Positions 56,363 through 64,000 of a stretch of DNA of 64,000 bases are shown one piece after another. Below the pieces are notes generated by a model. It was not told the origin of the DNA, made no database searches, and worked only from the letters and a program-made list of their open reading frames with translations. This DNA comes from an uncultured Phycisphaerales bacterium. GTDB lineage: Bacteria > Planctomycetota > Phycisphaerae > Tepidisphaerales > Tepidisphaeraceae. Position numbers and translations under genes: made by a program. Each line of letters starts with the position of its first letter. Position 1 is the first letter of the stretch. The DNA lies in assembly GCA_963754335.1 (NCBI GenBank), contig CAVWFQ010000004.1, positions 205,866 to 269,865 on the forward strand. Direction: 5' to 3'.

Positions 56363-57451
56363 CTACCCAATCCATGTTTCCTTATCCTTAATGATCGCCT
56401 GCGGCGGGAGCGCCGGATTTACCGTCGTGACTCCTTCGACTTTCTTGACTGCCGTTCCAATTGCCATGAATTCGAGCAGGCTGCCGTGCTCTTTGATATG
56501 GATTTTCACGCCGACCACGTCATCAGCGCCGATCGCATTGGCTTCGTCTTTCACGAGGCCGATGGCGTGCTCGCGGGCATCGTAAATCAATGTGGTCAGG
56601 TCACTGATCTCGCCGCGGGTGAAGCTTTTGAGGGCGGCTTTGAGGCCGCCGACCATTCCGAGGGAATACACTGCGGTTCCGAGGAGGAGCTTGATCGGAA
56701 GATATCCCATGTGGACCAGATTCCACATTTCTTCGTTGGTCAGATCGCTGGAAAAAGGATGCTGCTGGGCCAGTGGCGGAAGGCCGGCATGATTCGAAGC
56801 CGTCCCGAGCATCAACATCTCATGAACGCCCTGGAAATCCATGATGCGTGTTTCGATGCCGACGACGCAGTTGGCGCCGGCGTTGTGCGCTTCAGTCACG
56901 ATCCGTTCCAGTGCGATGTGGCGTGTGCGGTTGAAGACGTCGCTGAATTCCTTGATCTCGCCGCGCGCCAGGCTCTTGAGGCTGCCGATGATCCCGCCGG
57001 CGGCGCCGATCGAATAGGCGACATTGCCGAAGACAAACTGAACGGGGACGAAGCCGGCGTCCATCTGGCAGTAGAGTTCCTGGCCATTCGCGCTGGTCGT
57101 AAACCGAATGGATTCGGCTTTTCCATCTTCATTGTGAACACACGAGGCCAGAGAGAGAAATTCCGTGTTATTGTGAAACTTGCGGAGTTCGTTGGTCACC
57201 CCGGTGATTCCGATTCCGCCGCGTTGGGAGGCCTCGGAAACCATTCGCTTGAATGCTTCGATGCGCCCTTCGTGGATGATCTTGGTGACCTGAGAGACTT
57301 CTCCGCCGAGGATGTTTCGTCCCGTCGCCGCGAGGCTGCCGAGAAATCCCATCGAAAAGACGCTGTTGCCGACGACCAGGTCGCCGGGCTTCATTCCCTT
57401 GAGGTGCAGGCAATAGATTTCGTTGCCTGAAAGACCGGTCATGACTGCCAT
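56363..57451 (-). CDS. YbjQ/UPF0145-family protein with three tandem domains
   Basis: Three repeats of the YbjQ-like pattern (LSGNEIY...GEVS.., ...GGIIGSLKSLARGEIKEF.., ...GGLKAALKSFTRGEISDL...). Confidence 0.6.
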   Translation of the reverse strand: MAVMTGLSGNEIYCLHLKGMKPGDLVVGNSVFSMGFLGSLAATGRNILGGEVSQVTKIIHEGRIEAFKRMVSEASQRGGIGITGVTNELRKFHNNTEFLSLASCVHNEDGKAESIRFTTSANGQELYCQMDAGFVPVQFVFGNVAYSIGAAGGIIGSLKSLARGEIKEFSDVFNRTRHIALERIVTEAHNAGANCVVGIETRIMDFQGVHEMLMLGTASNHAGLPPLAQQHPFSSDLTNEEMWNLVHMGYLPIKLLLGTAVYSLGMVGGLKAALKSFTRGEISDLTTLIYDAREHAIGLVKDEANAIGADDVVGVKIHIKEHGSLLEFMAIGTAVKKVEGVTTVNPALPPQAIIKDKETWIG

Positions 57452-57559
57452 GGGTTAGCTCCTTGTGTGATTTGCTTTGGCAAGCATAACCGCAACGCTC
57501 TCTTTGCGCACGGGCCTCATTCCCCTACACTCTGGCGCTTGCAAAGCGAGGCTAACCGT

Positions 57560-58128
57560 ATGCGACATGTGATATCGGCGTTGGTGATCAATGAGCCGGG
57601 CGTGCTGGCGAACGTGGCGGGGATGTTCGCCGCCCGGGGCTTCAATATCGATTCGCTCGTGGTCGGGCGGACCGAAAACCCCGACCTGTCCCGGATGACG
57701 ATCGTTGTCAACGGCGACGATAACACGCTCGACCAGGTGCGCAAGCAGCTCGCCAAGCTCGTGCCGGTGGCGTCGGTTCGCGATTTCAAGAACACGGCTT
57801 ACATCGAGCGCGACCTGGCGATGATCACCATCGAGGTCGGCCCGGAAGGCGCGGGGAAGTGATCGAAATCGCCAATCTCTTCCGCGGTAAGATTGTCGAC
57901 GTCTCGGAAAACGCTTTAGTCGTCGAACTGGCCGGAACGGAGCAAAAGGTTGAGGCGTTGGTCGAACTCCTCAGGCCTTACGGAATCCGCGAGCTGGCCC
58001 GTACTGGAATCATCGCAATGGCCCGCGGCATGCAAAACACGCATGACGGCCGGCAGTCCGTCCCTTCCTCAGGAAAGCGAACGCGAAGTCTGGACGCGCC
58101 GGCGGCGGCGGCACTCCCGCCGAGTTAG
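57560..58128 (+). CDS. ilvH: acetolactate synthase small (regulatory) subunit, frameshifted near 57860
   Basis: ACT domain (HVISALVINEPGVLANVAGMFAARGFNIDSLVVGRTE..LSRMTIVV) and ALS_ss_C-like C-terminus (IEIANLFRGKIVDVS...VELAG). No ilvB adjacent. Confidence 0.8.
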
Positions 58129-58151
58129 GGGCCGTTTCTAACCTCCTCCAT

Positions 58152-58260
58152 GTTGAACGTTGGAAGTTGAACGTTGAAAGTTCAATTGAAGTAACCACAT
58201 CGTGGATTCGGGAATAAACGTTCAATCCCGCGCGCGGGACTCAACGCTCAACTTTCAACG
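58152..58260. promoter_or_regulatory. long inverted repeat / palindromic element between convergent ilvH and waaA
   Basis: The gttgaacgtt motif occurs twice. Arm 58166-58185 (gttgaacgttgaaagttcaa) pairs with arm 58242-58260 (caacgctcaactttcaacg, reverse complement). A central perfect palindrome cccgcgcgcggg lies between them. Confidence 0.45.
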
Positions 58261-59793
58261 GGCCGGGTCGCCCTCACGATTCAGTTGATCCAGAATAATC
58301 TGCACATGCTTTTCCGTTGCCCCTTGCTGCTGGCGCACCACTTCCTTCGCGCGAGCGCCGATCGCAACAGCGGCCGAAAGATCGATGAGCAGCGAGTCAA
58401 TTGCAACCACTAGCTCGTTTGCCTCTACGACGCGGCTCCGTGACCGATTCGGCGGTCCAAAAAGTTCCCCTCTCTCCCGGTACTCCGGGAGAGGGCCAGG
58501 GGTGAGGGTCTTCGACGCGCGATCTGGACGGCCCTCACCCCGACCCGCTCGCGGGCAGTCGCCAATTCCGCTCGCTTCTCCCGAAGTACTGGGAGAGGGG
58601 GAAGAAACTCTGCCGCCGACTTTGCCATGCACCCCCACGACGCGAATCGCGTCGGCGGCGAGGAAGCAGTTCATTGGCTCTGCAAAGTTTTGGGTAAACG
58701 GCCCAACGACCACCGGCTTGCCCAGCGCCGCCGGCTCGATCATGTCGCTGCCGTGCTGGCGTGGGCCCAGATCGACCAGCGTTCTGCCAACCAGCACGAC
58801 CGTGGCGAGACTGTAGAATTTTCTGAGCTCGCCAAAGGTGTCGCCGAGGATCACGGGTCTGTTGGGGTTCGAAGAAGAGGGAGAGGGGGCGGCAACGTGG
58901 GAGCGGCGTTTTATCGCGAAGCCGCGAGCGGCAATCAACTCGGCGACTTCGTCGAATCGCGGGCGATGACGCGGGACGATCACGAGTCGTAGCGTCGGAT
59001 GACGATCGATCAGTGCCCGGTAGGCGTCAAGGATCAGCTCTTCTTCCCCAGGCCCGGTCGATCCGCAAACCCATACGGGTCCATCGGCGGGCGCAATTCC
59101 AACATCCGCCGCAAGCTGTTCACTTCCTTCAACCCGATCGCCCAGATGCGCGCTGTCGAATTTCATCGTCCCGACGACGCTGATCCGATTGGCTGGCGCA
59201 CCCAGTTTCAGGAAGCGTTCGGCGTATCGCGCTTCCTGGGCACAGACATACGCGAGATTGCGAAACATTCCGCCCACGAGCGGCCGCACAAGGCGGTATC
59301 CCCTGAAACTCGTCTCGGTGATCCGCCCATTGGCGAGGATCACCGGGATTCGGCGGCGGCGGCATTCGCCGACAAAGTTGGGCCACAGTTCGAGTTCCAT
59401 CAATACGACAACCGCCGGCTTCGCGCTGTCGAGCACGCGGGAGACGGCGTGGCTGAAATCAAGCGGATATCGAATCCGCGTTACGCGCGGGTCATTTCCG
59501 TAAAGCTCGCTGCTTCGGTCCCAGCCACTCGCGGTCGTCGTGCTGACCACAAATCGGATATCGGGCCGGCGCTCAGCAAGCAATCGGAGCAGGCTCGTGG
59601 TGGCGTTCAACTCCCCATTGCTGACGGCGTGGATGAAAACGGCGGGGCGGGAATCGGGCGCAGCAGGCGATCGTCCCATCCGTTCGCGAAAGGCGGCAAG
59701 CAATTTGCGACGCGTAGACGGGCGCAAAAGCCACCATGGAGCGGCGATCGCAAGCCCCAGCCCATAGGCGACGTCGTAAAAGGTAATCGCCAT
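58255..59793 (-). CDS. waaA: 3-deoxy-D-manno-octulosonic acid (Kdo) transferase with in-frame ~60-aa insertion from repeat element
   Basis: WaaA/KdtA blocks (NGELNATTSLLRLL, RIPVILANGRITETSF, C-terminal VVRQQQGATEKHVQIILDQL). The continuous ORF reads through the MITE-like copy at 58444-58620. The most likely start is ATG 59793 (MAITFYDVAYGLGLAIAAPWWLL). Confidence 0.85.
   Translation of the reverse strand: MAITFYDVAYGLGLAIAAPWWLLRPSTRRKLLAAFRERMGRSPAAPDSRPAVFIHAVSNGELNATTSLLRLLAERRPDIRFVVSTTTASGWDRSSELYGNDPRVTRIRYPLDFSHAVSRVLDSAKPAVVVLMELELWPNFVGECRRRRIPVILANGRITETSFRGYRLVRPLVGGMFRNLAYVCAQEARYAERFLKLGAPANRISVVGTMKFDSAHLGDRVEGSEQLAADVGIAPADGPVWVCGSTGPGEEELILDAYRALIDRHPTLRLVIVPRHRPRFDEVAELIAARGFAIKRRSHVAAPSPSSSNPNRPVILGDTFGELRKFYSLATVVLVGRTLVDLGPRQHGSDMIEPAALGKPVVVGPFTQNFAEPMNCFLAADAIRVVGVHGKVGGRVSSPSPSTSGEASGIGDCPRAGRGEGRPDRASKTLTPGPLPEYRERGELFGPPNRSRSRVVEANELVVAIDSLLIDLSAAVAIGARAKEVVRQQQGATEKHVQIILDQLNREGDPAR
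58444..58620. repeat. MITE-like composite palindromic repeat (family copy C, reverse orientation) inside waaA
   Basis: Terminal motif gaccgattcggcggtcc / ctgccgccgac. Arms ccctctctcccggtactccgggagagggccaggggtgagggtc and gccctcacccc...cttctcccgaagtactgggagaggggg. Translated in-frame as ...SSPSPSTSGE...LTPGPLPEYRERGELFGPPN... Confidence 0.85.
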
Positions 59794-59804
59794 GAGGAAC
59801 AAAG

Positions 59805-59837
<33 letters not shown>

Positions 59838-59865
59838 GAAGGAAAGATGCGACCCGAAGGTCACG

Positions 59866-60462
59866 CTACGAGCCCCTATACAGCTTCTGATCCTGGATGT
59901 ATCGGCAGACCGACGGCGTCGTGAGAAAGTCGATGCTTTGACCCGCCGCCACGCGCCGGCGAATAGCGGTGGCGCTGATTTCGATCTGAGGCACCGTCAG
60001 AAGGTTGCCTTTTAGATGCTGTAACGCGGCTGGCAGTGTATCCCAATGGATGACCGCGCCTGGACGAGCCATCACCATGAATTGCACTGATTTCGGCAAC
60101 TGGTCAAATTCGTGCCACGTGGGCAATTGCGGAACCGTGTCCGATCCGATCAGCCAACTCACGTGGCTGAGTTGATGTCGAACGGCCAGTACCTGGGCGG
60201 TATCGAACGTATAGCTCGGCCGATTGCGTTGAAGTTCCAGTTCATCCACCTCGAAGAGACCAGAGCCGGACGCTGCCAATCGGCACATCGCTAATCTGTC
60301 ATCGGCTGCCGCCAAATCGGCAGATTTCGGCTTGTGTGGCGGCCGGGCGCTGGGAACGAGAACCACCCGTTCAAATCCGCCCGCTTCGGCCGCCGCCCGG
60401 GCGCATATCAAGTGCCCGTAATGAATAGGGTTAAAGCTTCCGCCGAACCAAAGACGACGCAT
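59866..60462 (-). CDS. nadD: nicotinate-nucleotide adenylyltransferase
   Basis: GGSFNPIHYGHL (HxGH motif) and a length of 198 aa. Confidence 0.85.
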   Translation of the reverse strand: MRRLWFGGSFNPIHYGHLICARAAAEAGGFERVVLVPSARPPHKPKSADLAAADDRLAMCRLAASGSGLFEVDELELQRNRPSYTFDTAQVLAVRHQLSHVSWLIGSDTVPQLPTWHEFDQLPKSVQFMVMARPGAVIHWDTLPAALQHLKGNLLTVPQIEISATAIRRRVAAGQSIDFLTTPSVCRYIQDQKLYRGS

Positions 60463-60791
60463 CGATTCGCTCCAGCCATACAGACAGACGGCAATGTCAC
60501 CTATGGTACCGATCTTGCTAGAAATTTCTCAACCGCGTCCGCGCTCAGGAATGCAGGGCTTTGAAAGATTGCTCCGATGCTCAATGCACAGGGATGGGAC
60601 CTGCAAAAAGTGTCCACCGATGCACATGCCATTGGCTTTTTTTGAAACTTTATAAGTCGCCGTGCGCATCATTACTTATACCATGAACAGCCGTCGGTCG
60701 CTGACGTATAAATGGAAGAATACGCAGCTTGTGTAGAATATCCGGAGCCGCCCAGAGGTTCTTGGATCAGAAAGAAAGTGAGGCCGGTACC

Positions 60792-61766
60792 ATGGCCAAT
60801 GTTTTGGAGGCAACTCGAAGAACTGTGTCTGGAATCAGCATTCCCCGGGTGATGCGCCGCAATGCGGAGCACCTGCTCGAAGGGAACTACGCCTTCATGG
60901 ATAGCCCGATTTTTCGGCGCAAAAACATCGAAGAGGAGCTTTTTAATTTTGAAGTAGAGCCGGAACTGCCGCTCACCAGTTGGTATCAGCCGACCCGTGA
61001 TGAGGCGTCCGATCCGTCGATTTCCGGCGCTCCCCAACTCATGAAAGGGGCTGAAGAGCGGATCATGTTTCTGCGCTTCAACTATGCCAAGCTCCAGCTT
61101 TGCCGGTTGCAGCGTCTGATCAAGAAAAGCGGCCTGACGCGAAGCCGCGCCGAGGAAGTGATCGAATGGCACCGCCGTTTCGAGCACTTCCGCGAATATC
61201 TGGTGCGGACCAACCTGGCGCTGGTGCTGGCGATGGCCAAGCGTACCCGGCTGGGAGACGTCGATTTCGCGGAGATTGTCAGCGAAGGAAACATGGCGCT
61301 GATTCGCGCGGTCGATAAGTTCAATGTCGATCGCGGCTTCAAGTTTTCGACCTATGCCTGCCGGGCGATTCTCAAGGCTTTCAGCCGCACCTCGCTGAAG
61401 AGCTCCCGGCATCGCACGCGTTTCCCGGTTGAATTTGAACCGGACATGGAGCGCAGCGATTGGCAGGATCGTCGTCGCGATGCGGTCGAAGAAGACTGCA
61501 TTGATGAGTTGAAGGCGATCGTGGATCGCAACCTCGCTGATCTTTCCAGCGTTGAGGAGACGGTGATTCGCCGTCGATTCAACTGGGAACAGCAGGAAGA
61601 GAGTGCCCTGACGCTCGAGGAAGTCGGGCAGATCATTGGCGTGACCAAGGAACGCGTTCGCCAGATCCAGAATAAGGCGCTGGCCAAGATTCGTACGGTC
61701 ATGGAAGACGGTGTGTTGCGGACCAAGCCGCACACGCCTGAAGAAGCAGCGCCTGCTGTTCAGTAA
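60792..61766 (+). CDS. RNA polymerase sigma-70 family factor (group 2/3-like)
   Basis: Region 2 (LVRTNLALVLAMAKRT..DFAEIVSEGNMALIRAVDKFNVDRGFKFSTYACRAI), region 3, and region 4 HTH (TLEEVGQIIGVTKERVRQIQNKAL). Confidence 0.85.
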   Translation: MANVLEATRRTVSGISIPRVMRRNAEHLLEGNYAFMDSPIFRRKNIEEELFNFEVEPELPLTSWYQPTRDEASDPSISGAPQLMKGAEERIMFLRFNYAKLQLCRLQRLIKKSGLTRSRAEEVIEWHRRFEHFREYLVRTNLALVLAMAKRTRLGDVDFAEIVSEGNMALIRAVDKFNVDRGFKFSTYACRAILKAFSRTSLKSSRHRTRFPVEFEPDMERSDWQDRRRDAVEEDCIDELKAIVDRNLADLSSVEETVIRRRFNWEQQEESALTLEEVGQIIGVTKERVRQIQNKALAKIRTVMEDGVLRTKPHTPEEAAPAVQ

Positions 61767-61874
61767 TTTTGACTACGCACGACGGGAGACGGTTTGCGCC
61801 GTCTCCCGTTTTTCATGCGCGTTTGATGCAGTGAACGTTCCGCGAACACCGTTGCAGGCGCACGCCCGTGAGAA

Positions 61875-62285
61875 TTAAGCCGCCTGCGGGGCAAACAGAT
61901 GCAGCGGTTCAGGCAGCGTCTTCATCCCGCGGCGAAGCGCCTTTCCGACGGCGTATTGCATCGATCGCTCGAATCGCCGAAGCACTCGCGCGTCCGGCTC
62001 GATGCCGAGCAATGCCATTTCCGCCATGGCCCATTTCCAGACGTGGTATTCTTCCTCGCAACGGCGTTTGAAGCGGTCGAATCCGATGGCATGGTGGCCG
62101 ATTTCGTGCAGAAAAATCGAAAGGCTGATGGCCGATTTGGGATAGGGCGCTTCGATCCATCGCACCACGCGGCGGTTGCCGTAGTCGACCTGCCAGGCAC
62201 AGCCGCTCATATTGTTTCGCCAGCGGCGAACGCGGACGCCGTGTTTGCGTTTCATCAGCTCGACAATGGTTGCAAAGTCCGCCAT
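61875..62285 (-). CDS. putative zinc-dependent hydrolase with HExxH motif
   Basis: FLHEIGHHAIGF motif in a ~137-aa ORF; no further family assignment possible. Confidence 0.45.
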   Translation of the reverse strand: MADFATIVELMKRKHGVRVRRWRNNMSGCAWQVDYGNRRVVRWIEAPYPKSAISLSIFLHEIGHHAIGFDRFKRRCEEEYHVWKWAMAEMALLGIEPDARVLRRFERSMQYAVGKALRRGMKTLPEPLHLFAPQAA

Positions 62286-62471
62286 ACGTGCCACTTCGCT
62301 ATCGGCCGACGAAGCGGGAGCCCGTCGTCTCTTCCCGGGAAATGAAGCACCGACCGGTAATAAATGCCGCAAACTCGCAGCAGTGAAGAAGTAGCGCCGT
62401 TATCGGTCCGGGATCATTCTCCGCTCCGCGCCTCGCGATTGATTTTAGGCTGCGTCAACTCGGGTAGACTG

Positions 62472-63224
62472 ATGGGAATGATCCCGAGCGTACTGGCCGC
62501 CGTTCCTTCCGCCTGGGTTTCCGCGCGGATCATTTTCGCGCTCGTGACCGCTTTGATCGCGTCATCGGCGATGTTCTGGGCATTGGTGCGGCGATGGACC
62601 TCGCAACGGGAGTGGGTGGCGATCGCCGAGTGGGGCCGGGAAACCGGTTTTCGATTCCGGCGCGACCGCGCGACGCCGCCCGATCCGCTGGGCGCACTGA
62701 AGGACCGCAATCCGGTCGTCCGCATCTGCCTGTCGAACGGCCGGATCACCATCGTTCAATTTGAGGCCGATCCGCCGGCGAACCCTGCGCCGCCCATCGT
62801 GCCCGGCTCGTCTGCGCCCTTGCCTTCAATTGCGCCGGTCAGCCTCCCGCGGCGGCCGATCTGGAACCTGATGATGCGGCGGATTGAATCGAGCTGGTCG
62901 CCGACCGGCCTTCGCCCGGCCGCTGCCCAAAGCAGCCTGCTTGATTTGTATTCCCTTTCGAGCTTTCCGCTGATGGGCGCTCAGGAACGATTCGTTCTTT
63001 TCAGCGCCGATTCCGCCGCGGCCCGTGCTTTATCGGCTTCGCCGGCGCGGGCTTTACTACCGCCGGACATCGGACTGCTTTTGACGGAAAACTTTTTGAT
63101 TCTCGATTTTTCCAGCCGCCCCTTCGACACCATCGAGTTCAGCCGCATGCTTGCCGTGATCGAGCAGGTATCGGCCCGGTTGCCCGTCATGTTGGAAAGC
63201 GCCCAACGGGCTGCAAATGGGTGA
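62472..63224 (+). CDS. hypothetical membrane protein
   Basis: Two N-terminal predicted TM helices (MGMIPSVLAAVPSAWVSARIIFALVTALIASSAMFWALV) and a Pro/Ala/Ser-rich remainder. Confidence 0.4.
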   Translation: MGMIPSVLAAVPSAWVSARIIFALVTALIASSAMFWALVRRWTSQREWVAIAEWGRETGFRFRRDRATPPDPLGALKDRNPVVRICLSNGRITIVQFEADPPANPAPPIVPGSSAPLPSIAPVSLPRRPIWNLMMRRIESSWSPTGLRPAAAQSSLLDLYSLSSFPLMGAQERFVLFSADSAAARALSASPARALLPPDIGLLLTENFLILDFSSRPFDTIEFSRMLAVIEQVSARLPVMLESAQRAANG

Positions 63225-63237
63225 TGTCACGCACCCG

Positions 63238-63501
63238 TCAGTGCCCCGCGGGATCGGCCTGGTGTTGATTGAAGCCGGTCGCGTGATAACCGGCCTGTTC
63301 GATTGAATCCATGAGCTGGCGGACGCTCACGGTGCCCCGCGTGAAGAGGACTGAAGCCAGAGCGCTGTTGAAGTCCACCGCCACCTCGCGCACGCCGGGA
63401 TTAAGCGCTAGGGCCCGCTGAATGGTCTGTTCACATTTGTGGCAATGCATTCCCTCGATCTTGATGATGACGAACTGGTCGCGAGGGAAGTCGGGGGGCA
63501 T
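63238..63501 (-). CDS. heavy-metal-associated (HMA) domain protein / copper chaperone-like
   Basis: GMHCHKCE metal-binding motif (GMxCxxC) in a ~80-aa ferredoxin-like fold; C-terminal HQADPAGH. Confidence 0.75.
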   Translation of the reverse strand: MPPDFPRDQFVIIKIEGMHCHKCEQTIQRALALNPGVREVAVDFNSALASVLFTRGTVSVRQLMDSIEQAGYHATGFNQHQADPAGH

Positions 63502-63725
63502 CTACCGCTCCATCTGATTCGACGTGCGCCTGAGAATAATAATAAGTCAACGCAATTCCGGCAACCTGAAACTTTCGCGATCAGCCGGGGCGGTTCATTT
63601 TGACTTTGCCGTAAATAATTTTTTTCGATGATTGGCAGAGCACGCTGTCTTGCGTTACCTTTGCGCGCGGGTGGAAGTCTCCGCGGAATGGGGCGCCACC
63701 TGGGATCAACCCGCGTATCGAATCA

Positions 63726-64000
63726 ATGCCAGCATCGAGCACCTTCTGCCCATCGCCCATCCTCGGCTCACGGCGGTTTTGCGCCGAGTTGACCCGCCGT
63801 CAGGCACGTAATTTTTACTACGGCCTGAAGCTTCTCCCGCGACCCAAGCGGGCGGCCATGTTTGCGCTCTACGCCTACATGAGATTGGTGGACGATATCG
63901 CCGACGAGGAAGACGGGCGTCCGATTGAGTTGAGAGCCGCTGAACTGGAAGCGTGGCGTCAGCAGACCCAGGCGGTTCTTCGCGGCGATCTGCCCGAGCA
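63726..64000 (+). CDS. squalene/phytoene synthase family protein (HpnC/HpnD/CrtB-like), 3'-truncated by window end
   Basis: ARNFYYGLKLLPRPKRAAMFALYAYMRLVDDIADE matches the conserved N-terminal region of trans-isoprenyl diphosphate synthases, head-to-head type. Confidence 0.7.
   Translation, partial: MPASSTFCPSPILGSRRFCAELTRRQARNFYYGLKLLPRPKRAAMFALYAYMRLVDDIADEEDGRPIELRAAELEAWRQQTQAVLRGDLPE

Noticed and set aside
56486-57430. 314-aa + strand ORF
   Set aside because: Antisense to the YbjQ-family gene; Ala/Asp/Gly-rich shadow ORF.

Overview
This is a high-GC (~65%) bacterial chromosomal window with a strongly Planctomycetota-like gene content: a DUF1501/DUF1553 (PSD1-type) gene pair, many TAT-signal proteins, GT39-like membrane glycosyltransferases and an OlsF-like ornithine-lipid synthase. 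Most of it is housekeeping or envelope genes. Clearly recognisable are acnA, ahcY, argG, ppk1, nadD, waaA, an ilvH small subunit, a sigma-70 factor, a cytochrome P450, an IpdC-like TPP decarboxylase, glcEF-like subunits, a GH5/GH39-like glycosidase and a CzcD transporter. There are two glycosyltransferases, a Ser/Thr kinase, a SixA phosphatase, a Bpt-like aminoacyl-tRNA-protein transferase and a partial squalene/phytoene synthase at the 3' edge. I found no rRNA, tRNA or CRISPR arrays. The most unusual part is a compact plus-strand cassette at 23.0-27.0 kb. It encodes an asparagine-synthetase-like ATP-pyrophosphatase, a radical-SAM enzyme, a flavin-dependent halogenase-family oxidoreductase and a translationally coupled 60-aa ORF. 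Divergently transcribed from it are two small secreted metal-binding proteins, one an extreme His/Asp-repeat lipoprotein. Other items worth a second look: (1) a ~180-bp MITE-like palindromic repeat family (three full copies plus solo half-units), one copy inserted in-frame inside waaA and half-units flanking a DUF559 endonuclease-like gene; (2) an nfeD-flotillin operon followed by a small 2TM K+-channel gene; (3) a DUF433/DUF5615 toxin-antitoxin-like pair; (4) a 7-bp tandem array carrying an ATG in every unit immediately upstream of waaA. A technical observation runs through the whole window: at least ~25 single-nucleotide frameshifts split otherwise well-conserved genes, including ahcY, ppk1, sodC, P450, flotillin, czcD, ilvH and glcF, while other long genes such as acnA and argG are intact. 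This pattern fits assembly indel errors better than real pseudogenisation, and it limits the accuracy of the coordinates given here.
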